The notes: generated by a model from the letters alone, not told the origin. 32,552 bases of DNA from Candidatus Staskawiczbacteria bacterium (GCA_903839895.1 CAIMDW010000004.1:1-32552), one strand, 5' to 3'. Numbered from the stretch's first letter, positions 24,132 through 32,552 are shown. Numbers and translations: made by a program.

Positions 24132-25940
24132 TTAATTTTGCGCTTGTTCTATTTTCCTTTTCGCTTCGCGTTTTATCGCCACTTCCTGAGGATTTGTCGT
24201 GATAATATTGCTTTCCGTCGGACTGGCGACTACCGCCAGATACACGTGCTTTCTGCCTGCAAAAAATAATCCTTCGCCAACTGCCGCATCAATCAATAAA
24301 TACTTTTCCTGCTCGGTCAGATTAAAAGTTTGCTGGACAGCTTCAATATCAGCAGTAGACTGCTTCATTAAAAATTGCAAAGACGAGTTAGTAATAATTG
24401 CTTTCCCATAAGCTGATCCTGCAAAATCAGCCACGTTCTGGGTGATAGTTGTCACTCCCAGCCAATATTTTCTGCCTCTTTTTGCCAATCCAAAAAGAAA
24501 AGATGCTCCGTCTTCTGTCTGCATCAGCCACCAAGCTTCATCAATAACCAAAATTCTTTTCTTTAAATTAGACCTGACAATATTCCATATATATCGCATA
24601 ATTATATACAAAGCAATCGGCCTCAACGAATCTTCCATATCCCTTATTCCAAAAACCACAAAGCTTTTATCCATTTTAATATTGGACTGCTGGTTGAAAA
24701 AATCCGAAAAAGTTCCTTTGGTGAATTTGCCGATTCTTTTTACCAATGATTCCGTGCCAGTCATACTTTCCAAAACTTCCTGAAAATCCGACATTAAAGG
24801 CGTGTTTTGCGCCCAGGTGGCAGGATCCGATTGCGGAGTAATGTCTCTTATGGCATAAGTCTGCGTAAGCGCTTCGTCTAAAACGCTGTCTTCTTCTGCG
24901 CTTAATCCGCCAAGCATAATGCGCAAAAGCCCAACCAGGTTTATAACGTTAGATCTCAAAACGTCTTCAGGATTGTCATCTGGCCCGGGAAGCGGCAAAT
25001 CAAAAGGGTTCAAATGGTTTGGACTAGTCAAAGAAATTTTCAAAAATGCTCCACCTACGGCATCTGCCAAATATTCATATTCGTTTTCAGGGTCGACAAT
25101 TATACAGTCTACTCCCTGCATCAAATACCTTAAAATTTCCAGCTTGATGGCAAAAGATTTTCCGGCTCCAGATTTGGCAAACACTACCATGTTTGCATTT
25201 TCCAAACTGAACCGGTCAAACAAAACCAAAGAATTATTATGCCTGTTTACGCCGTACAAAATTCCTTCGTTTGAACTCAAGTCAAAACAAATAAATGGAA
25301 AGCAAGTGGAAAGGGGGGCCGTATCCATTGGCGTATGCACTTCAATCAAATCCATTCCATAAGGGCTGGTGGAAATAAATCCTTCCTTCTGCTTGAACAA
25401 AGCCGGTTTTATATAAATTAATCTCGATTCAAAGATAGATCTTAAGGTTAATTCTGTGTCGCGCAATTCTTTTTCGGAATTTTCGTAAACCGTAATATAA
25501 AGCCCCAGGCGGAACATTTTTTCCTGGGCCGTCATTAAATTATCTCGCAAAGTTTCAATGTCTTTGTAGGCTGTTTCCAGTGCAGGATCACGGATTAATC
25601 CTTTTTCTTCCCTTTCCAAAATTTCAGAAGAAACTTCGGTGACTTTTTTCCTTAATTTTTTTAAAATCAGTTCCGAGCTGACAGGATGTATGAAAAACGA
25701 GATATCCATTGGGGTCGACAAATCAATCACGGGAGAAAACCAGCCTGTATTCAAATACCTGGGATATGAAAAAACAAAAAAAGATTTAGCAAATCTTTCC
25801 CCCAGTTTTATATGGTCTTGCAAGACTCCAATATACGGGGGCGCAATTATGTCTTTTACGTCAAAAGACTCTTCCTGGAAAATTTTGTCTGTCAGGTCTT
25901 CTTCCTTTTTTTTACCGAAAATGCTGTTTAAAAATGCCAT
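24132..25940 (-). CDS. virB4: VirB4-like type IV secretion ATPase
   Basis: GILYGVN...LVLFDRF...NANMVVFAKSGAGKS (Walker A), IIVDPENEY, LNPFD, LVIDEAW (Walker B), KRGRKY...ITQ. Confidence 0.92.
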   Translation of the reverse strand: MAFLNSIFGKKKEEDLTDKIFQEESFDVKDIIAPPYIGVLQDHIKLGERFAKSFFVFSYPRYLNTGWFSPVIDLSTPMDISFFIHPVSSELILKKLRKKVTEVSSEILEREEKGLIRDPALETAYKDIETLRDNLMTAQEKMFRLGLYITVYENSEKELRDTELTLRSIFESRLIYIKPALFKQKEGFISTSPYGMDLIEVHTPMDTAPLSTCFPFICFDLSSNEGILYGVNRHNNSLVLFDRFSLENANMVVFAKSGAGKSFAIKLEILRYLMQGVDCIIVDPENEYEYLADAVGGAFLKISLTSPNHLNPFDLPLPGPDDNPEDVLRSNVINLVGLLRIMLGGLSAEEDSVLDEALTQTYAIRDITPQSDPATWAQNTPLMSDFQEVLESMTGTESLVKRIGKFTKGTFSDFFNQQSNIKMDKSFVVFGIRDMEDSLRPIALYIIMRYIWNIVRSNLKKRILVIDEAWWLMQTEDGASFLFGLAKRGRKYWLGVTTITQNVADFAGSAYGKAIITNSSLQFLMKQSTADIEAVQQTFNLTEQEKYLLIDAAVGEGLFFAGRKHVYLAVVASPTESNIITTNPQEVAIKREAKRKIEQAQN

Positions 25941-25944
25941 AATG

Positions 25945-26598
25945 TTATTTTAAGAGTTCGGGCAGAATTTCAGGGTAATATCCCACTTCTGCCTGATCTG
26001 GGTGATGTATAGACCAGAAAAGCTCAATCAATTCGGGCGTGGTCAAAGGAATTGCTTCCAGCCCGCATCTTCGTAATCCGGTTGCCACATATTCCATTCT
26101 CTGCCAAAGCTGGGTTTTGCATCTTTCAAAATCTTCATCTTTCATTGCTTCTTGATTTGCGCCTTTATTGAAAGGATTCAGCTGTTTTCCAGCTCCCTTC
26201 ATTCCTAGCGCTTCTATAATATTGTAAGGGACCACTACATAAAAGCTTTTTGTCATTACCACGTCGCCCACAACCATATTTTTTATGAATTCGCGATAAG
26301 AAGCAGTCTGTTCCCGAAGCAAAGGGTTTGTCTGTTTGTCTTCCAAATCTTTTAAGCTGTCCAAATACGGAGTAATGTTTATATTCCTGGATTGGATTAC
26401 AATCTGGCAGAAGAAATCCAAAGAATTCAAAAAGCTTTGGAAGGCATAAATTACCGCTGTCTGTTCCTCTTCGGATTTCAACGCAAAATTTATGGAAGAA
26501 ACCATTAAAATTCCGCGGACGGAATTGTTTTTCAAAAGCAAAACTCCCTCCCTTATGTCTTTTACTTCCAAAAATTCTTGTGTTGCTGATTCTGGCAT
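25945..26598 (-). CDS. T4SS accessory protein (TraC/VirB4 N-terminal-like domain)
   Basis: TQEFLEVKDIREG...VSSINFALKSEEEQ...FLNSLDF..QIVIQSR...KSFYVVVP. Lies between the prgI-like gene and virB4. Confidence 0.8.
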   Translation of the reverse strand: MPESATQEFLEVKDIREGVLLLKNNSVRGILMVSSINFALKSEEEQTAVIYAFQSFLNSLDFFCQIVIQSRNINITPYLDSLKDLEDKQTNPLLREQTASYREFIKNMVVGDVVMTKSFYVVVPYNIIEALGMKGAGKQLNPFNKGANQEAMKDEDFERCKTQLWQRMEYVATGLRRCGLEAIPLTTPELIELFWSIHHPDQAEVGYYPEILPELLK

Positions 26599-26606
26599 AT
26601 TTAAAA

Positions 26607-27008
26607 TTATTTTGTGTCTATTGCTGTTTTAGTCCTTTTTAAATGGCTTGTCTGCGCCTGCAAGACCGGAGCAGTTTCAATTTTTTTAATTTGCGTGCGG
26701 GATATCGGCTTGAAAGGGTAGGGCGATTCTTTTTTCTTCCAAGTGTAATCTTTGCCATGCAATGAAAATCCTATTGCCCCCAAAATCATATCCAAAATTG
26801 GAGTCCCATTAACTGTTCCAAAAGCTAAAATTGCGGCCCCAATAAAAATTGTCCCGCCGAGTATGAAAAACAGAAACCGGGGGAGTATGAAATACAGAAA
26901 AAAGCAGGCCACTCCTGCTCCCACCAAATAGAAAAATTGCCTAAAGGAAATAAAGAAAGCTATCTTGCTTTCTGATTCGATAAATTGCGGAATAGGGTAT
27001 TGTTCCAT
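26607..27008 (-). CDS. PrgI family (VirB3-like) membrane protein
   Basis: MEQYPIPQFIESESKI...ISFRQFFYL, two TM helices, NG-x-P, then YTWKK. Start taken at ATG 27008. Confidence 0.88.
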   Translation of the reverse strand: MEQYPIPQFIESESKIAFFISFRQFFYLVGAGVACFFLYFILPRFLFFILGGTIFIGAAILAFGTVNGTPILDMILGAIGFSLHGKDYTWKKKESPYPFKPISRTQIKKIETAPVLQAQTSHLKRTKTAIDTK

Positions 27009-27065
27009 ATTTTTATTTATTATATCACGTATAAAAAAGCACAAGCAAGAACACTTCTCAACATA

Positions 27066-27094
27066 TTGACAAGTAGTTTATAATATGGTATATT
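27066..27094 (+). promoter_or_regulatory. sigma70-type promoter for the SPFH gene
   Basis: TTGACA-17 nt-TATATT with an extended -10 TG. SD-like GGGAG at 27151-27155, 8 nt before the ATG. Confidence 0.7.
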
Positions 27095-27163
27095 AAAAGA
27101 ATAAGAACATTAACATACACAGCTCATAGAGCTGTAATAATTTCTGATTCGGGAGATACGACA

Positions 27164-28354
27164 ATGGAATATCTGCTTTACGGATTGCTGTGGCTTGTGG
27201 GAATCATCGCCACGCCATTCGCGGTTTTTTTGGCAGGAAAGTACATTATTTTCTTGTTAGCCAAAGCTAATATCCTCTGGACAACCGTAGAACAAGGATG
27301 GTGCAAAATCGTCCTGAAATACGGCAAATACAGCAAGATAATCAACCCCGGCTTAAGGTGGCTTGGGCTTCCGGGGATAAACTCTCTTTATGCACGCAAA
27401 ATGAAGTTTTTGAAAAGCGTCATTAAAGAAGACGGCACTATTGCGGTGGAAATTCACAAGGATGAGAAAATTACGAGCTTTAAAACCACCAAATACCCCT
27501 ATGCTCTCCCTTTCAAGGACGAAGAGGATTGCCGAGGGTTGCCGCTTTCTGGCGTGCTGACGATTAACGGAAGCATGGCAGATGGCTTCAAGATGTTTTT
27601 CGTTGCCAGCGATTGGTATGCTACTATTGTCCTTTTGGCTCTGAGCTGCTTTCGCGATATCATCACTACAATTTCCTATGAGGAAATTACTGGGCAGTAT
27701 TCAAACCAAAAAGCGGCTACAAATGTTGTTAGGGAAAAGATTGCCGAACTTTTGTGGAAGAAAATGAATTCTCCACGCGAAGGCGACAAACTTTCGGTGG
27801 TTGACGAACTGCTGGAAATCTACGGATTCGAAGTGGATTCTGTGGAATTGGCAAGCATCGACCCGCCCGCCGAGTGGAGAGCCATCACTCTTGCGCCCTA
27901 TAAGGCTCAAAAGGAAAAAGAAGCGGCCGAAGAACAAGCCAAGGCCAGCGCTGCTCTTTTTGGTGACACCAATCTGGCCTTAAAAGACTGGATAATAGAC
28001 CATCCCGATGCTACCCAAGGCCAAATTGAGAACAGGCAAGCAGAATTGGCCCAAAGGGCGTACCTTAAAGCTGGGGGTCAGTACCAGCGAATCGAAGGCC
28101 TAGAGAATGCGCAATATGTCGGTTTCGGCGGCGGAAGAGGCGGCATGGGGTTTCTTGCCGGTGGCAAACAAGGCGGTTCCCGCAAAAGCAAAAGCGGCGA
28201 AAGAGGTTCTGCCAACGACGATCCGAAAGGCTTATTGAAAAAATCTCCAACTGAGCTTTCGGCCGAAGATCTCGCTGAACGTGACGAAATTGTGCGGAAA
28301 AGAGGCCAAAAGAACAAAGGGAAGTGGCGGCAAGAAGACGACGAAGAGGAGTAA
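27164..28354 (+). CDS. Divergent SPFH/Band-7 domain membrane protein with Gly/Arg-rich and charged C-terminal tail
   Basis: N-terminal TM, VEQGWCKIVLKYGKYSKIINPGLRWLGLPG, YGFEVDSVELASIDPP followed by an Ala/Glu-rich helix (AQKEKEAAEEQAKA). Confidence 0.8.
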   Translation: MEYLLYGLLWLVGIIATPFAVFLAGKYIIFLLAKANILWTTVEQGWCKIVLKYGKYSKIINPGLRWLGLPGINSLYARKMKFLKSVIKEDGTIAVEIHKDEKITSFKTTKYPYALPFKDEEDCRGLPLSGVLTINGSMADGFKMFFVASDWYATIVLLALSCFRDIITTISYEEITGQYSNQKAATNVVREKIAELLWKKMNSPREGDKLSVVDELLEIYGFEVDSVELASIDPPAEWRAITLAPYKAQKEKEAAEEQAKASAALFGDTNLALKDWIIDHPDATQGQIENRQAELAQRAYLKAGGQYQRIEGLENAQYVGFGGGRGGMGFLAGGKQGGSRKSKSGERGSANDDPKGLLKKSPTELSAEDLAERDEIVRKRGQKNKGKWRQEDDEEE

Positions 28355-28360
28355 ACAAAA

Positions 28361-28399
28361 GGGCGGCATCGCTAATTGCGATGCCGCCCCATTTTTTTT
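28361..28399 (+). terminator. Strong intrinsic terminator (probably bidirectional)
   Basis: Perfect 12-bp stem GGGCGGCATCGC/GCGATGCCGCCC followed by T8, between convergent genes. Confidence 0.88.
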
Positions 28400-28401
28400 G
28401 C

Positions 28402-28860
28402 TTATCCTATTGGTTCTCTATATCTGTCAGATTTTGATGCTGGAGAAAGTGAAAAATCTTTTTCGGGCAATTTTCTTTTTGGTTTAGGTGTTTCAATTTT
28501 TTTAATTTGATCTTCATTTATTATATCTGGCAATTTATGTACGCCCGGAGATTCTATCTTAACTGCATTATTTTCTTTAAAATTTATCTCTTTTGCGAAC
28601 GGCAAAAACTTTTCTTTTAACTCTGATAAAATTATTTTCGCGTTTTCTTCGTTTGTTTCAAGATATTTTTCCAGCAAAGCCACAAAGCTATCCTCCGCTA
28701 TTTTTTTTGCATAAAGATCTTTGCAGGCGTTTACGACTGTTGTCAGTTTAGATTTTTCTGCAGAACTGTCGTTTTTAATTCCAAATCTTTTAAAAAGATC
28801 CAAAAAGATAGTTGCTCCGCTCGCGCCCTCAGGCAGGTCAAAAATTATTCTTTTTTCCAT
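28402..28860 (-). CDS. Hypothetical soluble protein ending in a D-x-Y-R-E-P-I motif
   Basis: 152-aa ORF, 16 nt downstream of the VirB6-like gene. Helical N-domain, Pro/Lys-rich linker, C-terminus SDRYREPIG. Confidence 0.75.
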   Translation of the reverse strand: MEKRIIFDLPEGASGATIFLDLFKRFGIKNDSSAEKSKLTTVVNACKDLYAKKIAEDSFVALLEKYLETNEENAKIILSELKEKFLPFAKEINFKENNAVKIESPGVHKLPDIINEDQIKKIETPKPKRKLPEKDFSLSPASKSDRYREPIG

Positions 28861-28876
28861 AATTAAAAATTTAATT

Positions 28877-30910
28877 TTATAATCCTGCGGCTATCATTTC
28901 GTTCCTCTTTTCATCCAGTTTATTATATTCTTCAATCGCTTCCATCGGCGTGCCCACTCCAGCATCAGAGGGGTCTAATAATCTCGGATATTTTGTTTTA
29001 AGCTTATTCATTTCATTCATTAATGTGTCCTTGCTAGTAGATATAGCATCAGCTTTAGCTCCCGACGTCATTTCCATTGCCTTTGTCATTTTTTTGACAG
29101 GAGTATATTTTGCAAAATTGCCGGATTTAAGCGTAGGAATGCTGTAATCCCTGATATCTTGGACACTGGCCCTTTCATATCCGTCTTTGGTAACTTCTTC
29201 TTTGGCTGTGTTTAATTGCGTTGAAGTTGCATTTTTTATGCCAACATTAAATTTGCCCCTAAGCTTTTCATTGACTAGATAATCGTTATCGGCGCGCTTG
29301 TTCGGGTCTTTCTTTTCCTCTTGGGACCTGACGCCAGTGGCTCCCAACACTTCCCCGAATTTAATCCTTCCCATCATCCTTTGATTTATTTGGGCCTGCT
29401 CATTTTCAGTCACATTTGTCATGTCAGCTATTTTTACTCCGCCAAATTTCTTTGCGGCATCGGTCAAATCATTATTATCTGAAACAGCTTTTATAGCAGC
29501 GCCGCCACGCAAACCTCGCCCAATCATAGCTTCTTTTTGTATCCTATCTACCGTGTTTATATCGCCTGAAGCTTTAGCTGCAGAATATTGCGTTGATATG
29601 TCTTTTGCCGCTTTATCCACACGCTGGGATTTTGCGGCGGCTGTTGAGCCTTCCTGCTTCCAGCCCATAACTTCTGAAAATCCGCCCAGCCGGTCTTTTG
29701 AAGCCTGAACCGCGTTTGAAACCTTGTTTCCTGTCCATTTATCTGCTGTCTTCAATGCTGCGCTGCTTCCTGCGGCTGCCGCTCCCATGGCAAATCCAAC
29801 TCCGCCGGTCACAGCTCCTCTTACGGCTCCCGCCGCAATGTCGGCGATTCCGCCGGTTTTGCGAATCATTTTATAACCGACTATAAGGAAAATGAATGAA
29901 ACAAACAGGAGAAAAATATTTACGTCACCGGTTGTGTTTCCCGCCACAATTGTTTGAGTAGCTAAATAAATGAAAAACGAACCGAAAACTCCTACAAAAC
30001 TCCATTTCAAAAAATTATCCCACCATTCCGACTGATATTTTTTCAGACGGGAAGAAGGGAACATCCAAAAAGCAAAAGCAATAGGCGAAAGTATATAAAG
30101 TACTGCAAGTATGGCATATCTGGCCGCAAATAAAATGGCCATAATTGCAAAAGTATAAGCCGCATATAATAGAATAACCATGAACATTGCACAGGCAAAT
30201 AAAAATTTACCAGGATCGTTTACAATATTTTCGTTGGCTACCTTCACAGAATCTGGATTATTCCCCGTGCTATTTAGCGAATTTTCCACATAAATATTAA
30301 TAGCGTTAGACAATGAATCAACATTTTGGCTGGTTTTTTCGTTTCCTAACAACCCATTCATGGTTATATTTGAAGCGTCTATGATAACTCCGCAAAATAA
30401 TCCTGAAAAATTGATTAAAAGAGCAACAACAATTATCCTTCCCAGGATTTTTTTTGCGGCATACTCCTGGATCCTTAAAGCTGTGGCAATTCCCACAATC
30501 ACAAAACCCAAAACAACAATCATGTCAGCAAGATCTCTGACTCTTCCCCAAACCAATGAAAAAGTCGGGTCATTGGTAATTGTGCGCTTTACAAAATCAG
30601 AGCTTAATACATATACCAGAGATTTTGAAGCTAGCCAAAAAGCAGCTTGACCGATGCTCATAAGGAAATATCCAAGCCCTAAAACTAAACTGGTTTTAAA
30701 ATCTGCTTGAGCGCCAGACACTGTTTGCCCAACTTTATGCGCTCCCCATAATACCCCACCCAAAGCGACTACCGCCCCCACTAAAAGATAAGTTCCAGAA
30801 ATTGTCAGAGCCAATCCCTTTTCCTTTTTTTCAGGGTCAAAAATCGGCGAGAAAAAATCTTTGATTTTTTCTTTAAACACGTAATATTTTGTGAATAAAT
30901 TTTTGACCAT
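28877..30910 (-). CDS. Extended VirB6/TrbL-like polytopic membrane protein
   Basis: WGRVRDLADM...IIVVALLINFSGLFCGVIIDASN...ARYAILAVLYILSPIAF...EWWDNFLKWSF, then a Gly/Ala-rich segment and a long hydrophilic tail. Confidence 0.82.
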   Translation of the reverse strand: MVKNLFTKYYVFKEKIKDFFSPIFDPEKKEKGLALTISGTYLLVGAVVALGGVLWGAHKVGQTVSGAQADFKTSLVLGLGYFLMSIGQAAFWLASKSLVYVLSSDFVKRTITNDPTFSLVWGRVRDLADMIVVLGFVIVGIATALRIQEYAAKKILGRIIVVALLINFSGLFCGVIIDASNITMNGLLGNEKTSQNVDSLSNAINIYVENSLNSTGNNPDSVKVANENIVNDPGKFLFACAMFMVILLYAAYTFAIMAILFAARYAILAVLYILSPIAFAFWMFPSSRLKKYQSEWWDNFLKWSFVGVFGSFFIYLATQTIVAGNTTGDVNIFLLFVSFIFLIVGYKMIRKTGGIADIAAGAVRGAVTGGVGFAMGAAAAGSSAALKTADKWTGNKVSNAVQASKDRLGGFSEVMGWKQEGSTAAAKSQRVDKAAKDISTQYSAAKASGDINTVDRIQKEAMIGRGLRGGAAIKAVSDNNDLTDAAKKFGGVKIADMTNVTENEQAQINQRMMGRIKFGEVLGATGVRSQEEKKDPNKRADNDYLVNEKLRGKFNVGIKNATSTQLNTAKEEVTKDGYERASVQDIRDYSIPTLKSGNFAKYTPVKKMTKAMEMTSGAKADAISTSKDTLMNEMNKLKTKYPRLLDPSDAGVGTPMEAIEEYNKLDEKRNEMIAAGL

Positions 30911-30922
30911 AAATACTTGTAA

Positions 30923-31501
30923 TTATATTTTTAAAAAATTCGGCAAAAACCGGTTGCTTTTTTTAAGATAACTGTCATAGTCTGAATTTGTTTTCCTAAT
31001 CTGATTTTCTTCAATCATGTAATGGAAATAAAGGCAAATATGGTTTAGACAGGCGAAAAAGAATAACGACGGGCTCAGCAAGCATAGGGCGCTTCCGAAT
31101 GTTATTGAAAAAAATATGTAATATGAAGGATGCCTGACGTATTTATATATGCTATCAAGGCTCTTGTTGTTTTTCGTCGCTATGCAGCTCGGAAAAGATT
31201 CCTCGAAAAAATTCACATAAATATAAAAAATAATGGAAAACAGGCAAAAGAATACTCCTATAAAAACAAAGAATGTGCTTAATGCTGGCAAGTTGCCAGC
31301 ATTATTTTCTATCAGCCTTTCAACTGTAAAAAAAATTGTCAGATAAAAGAAAATATAAAAAGGAATCGTAAGCGGCCACGCTTTATCGTGCTTATCCGGT
31401 ATGGCTTTTTTGATTTTTTTATTTGAGCTGTAAGAATTAAAAATGTAAAATACCCAGGCGATTGAAACAAATAAATATAAATAAGAATTGCTATCCAGCA
31501 T
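30923..31501 (-). CDS. Isoprenylcysteine carboxyl methyltransferase / PEMT-like membrane methyltransferase
   Basis: IYKYVRHPSY...IEENQI...YDSYLKKSNRFLP signature and several TM helices. Confidence 0.85.
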   Translation of the reverse strand: MLDSNSYLYLFVSIAWVFYIFNSYSSNKKIKKAIPDKHDKAWPLTIPFYIFFYLTIFFTVERLIENNAGNLPALSTFFVFIGVFFCLFSIIFYIYVNFFEESFPSCIATKNNKSLDSIYKYVRHPSYYIFFSITFGSALCLLSPSLFFFACLNHICLYFHYMIEENQIRKTNSDYDSYLKKSNRFLPNFLKI

Positions 31502-31621
31502 ATTTATTCATTATAACACGAATTTAGAAACAAGAGTCAATGGATTAACTAACAATAAAAAAGCTCCGAAGGAATTACCCTTATAGAGCATTTGATCTAA
31601 CTAATATTCTATTCGATTAAG

Positions 31622-31930
31622 TCAATGGCTAGCTGGCGTCTTTTTATCATTTGGATTCGCGATTTTTATCGGGATTTTGGCACTCATTATTCGATCGACC
31701 ATTTTTCCCGGTTCATCTGAACCCATCCAGCGCAATGATTGGTCTTGGCTTGTGGCAGATTGTTGTCGCCGCAGAATGGTATCAGGAAATACGAAAGCGA
31801 ATAAAGCAAAGATGATAAGCAGAAGCACCAAAATAAAAAATGGGCCGTTTATCCGTTTTTTTTCCGCCATTTCCTTGAATAATGATTCTTTATCTTTTTC
31901 GGACAATTCTGACAGGGTGATGGTCGACAT
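31622..31930 (-). CDS. Orphan single-pass membrane protein
   Basis: 102-aa ORF with one TM segment. Perfect SD AAGGAGG (31940-31946) 9 nt before the ATG. Confidence 0.75.
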   Translation of the reverse strand: MSTITLSELSEKDKESLFKEMAEKKRINGPFFILVLLLIIFALFAFVFPDTILRRQQSATSQDQSLRWMGSDEPGKMVDRIMSAKIPIKIANPNDKKTPASH

Positions 31931-31993
31931 GTTTTTTATCCTCCTTGGATAATAGGTTTTAAAATATTAGGAAATAAACAGTTCCCAATATGT

Positions 31994-32552
31994 CTAATTT
32001 AACAATACCACTGTAAAATTGGCTGTCAAGGAAATCCAGTCTGAAATGGTTAATGTTTCAGCTCTCTGAGTTGGCTGAATATTGTTTTTTGAAAGCCACG
32101 AGCTGACGGATTTTTTATCCAGACTTAAAGATTTGGCAAGGTTTCCCGCCAGCTGTTTTCGTGGTTGGACAAATCCGGCTTTTACGATTTTAAAAAACAA
32201 ATCTGGCTTAACCTCCGGCTTTTCTTTTTTTGGAATTATTTTTATTATGGCTGAATCAATTTTTGGCGAAGGCCAAAAGCTATTTTTTGAAACGTAGGAA
32301 ATAATTTTTGGGTCTGCATAAAATTGTACAGAAACGGCCAGCAAATTCATATCGGGAACTTTCGAACAGATTCTTTGCGCCACTTCTTTTTGCAGCATCA
32401 AGACAATTTCTTCAGGCTGATTTTTTTCCTCCAAGAATTTTCTGATTAGCGGGGAAGTCAGGTAATAAGGGATATTGGCAACCAGCTTATATTTTTCGGG
32501 AATGTCTTTAAATTTTAAAATATCGCCATTTATCACCTCTATATTATTTAAG
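31994..32552 (-). CDS. rsmA: 16S rRNA adenine dimethyltransferase, 3' part (5' end outside the window)
   Basis: VANIPYYLTSPLI, LMLQKEVAQRI, SFWPSPKIDSAII, RAETLTISDW. The frame stays open to the window end. Confidence 0.95.
   Translation of the reverse strand, partial: LNNIEVINGDILKFKDIPEKYKLVANIPYYLTSPLIRKFLEEKNQPEEIVLMLQKEVAQRICSKVPDMNLLAVSVQFYADPKIISYVSKNSFWPSPKIDSAIIKIIPKKEKPEVKPDLFFKIVKAGFVQPRKQLAGNLAKSLSLDKKSVSSWLSKNNIQPTQRAETLTISDWISLTANFTVVLLN

Noticed and set aside
18782-30910. Integrative conjugative element or prophage
   Set aside because: No integrase, relaxase, att-like repeats or phage structural genes are visible, and the flanks are core genes. This cannot be fully excluded beyond the window.
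1-32552. CRISPR array, alternative genetic code or programmed frameshift
   Set aside because: No regularly spaced repeats were seen. Conserved genes are full length with the standard bacterial code (TGA is used as a stop, e.g. DUF4446 and GH18), and no split core gene was found.

Overview
This looks like chromosomal DNA from a small-genome Patescibacteria (CPR), probably Parcubacteria. That is an inference from the short IF-2, tig-clpP-rny with no clpX, A-rich leaders without Shine-Dalgarno (SD) motifs, tRNAs without an encoded CCA, and CPR-style T4SS genes. Left to right: (1) A minus-strand stress/metal cluster: partial YggT-like gene, non-canonical NRAMP, DUF2892, an encapsulated-ferritin-like protein, an lmo0937-like mini-protein missing from the ORF track, and two orphan membrane proteins. 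Two copies of a non-sigma70 promoter-like motif (TGTAAG-N17-GTCATATA) point into this cluster. (2) Housekeeping genes and 8 tRNAs: rbfA, infB, DUF4446, GH18 hydrolase, dus, recQ, htrA, an ABC-2 exporter pair, cupin, ZIP transporter, rny, clpP, tig. (3) A roughly 12 kb type IV secretion-like locus: extended VirB6, PrgI/VirB3-like, TraC-like, VirB4 ATPase, and three VirB2/TrbC-type pilins fused to large Cys-rich ectodomains, two of which carry beta/gamma-crystallin-like motifs. An inverted, self-contained SPFH cassette interrupts this locus. (4) An ICMT-like methyltransferase, an orphan gene, and the 3' part of rsmA. I saw no CRISPR array, transposase, integrase or rRNA. All family assignments come from motif recognition by eye; no database searches were run.
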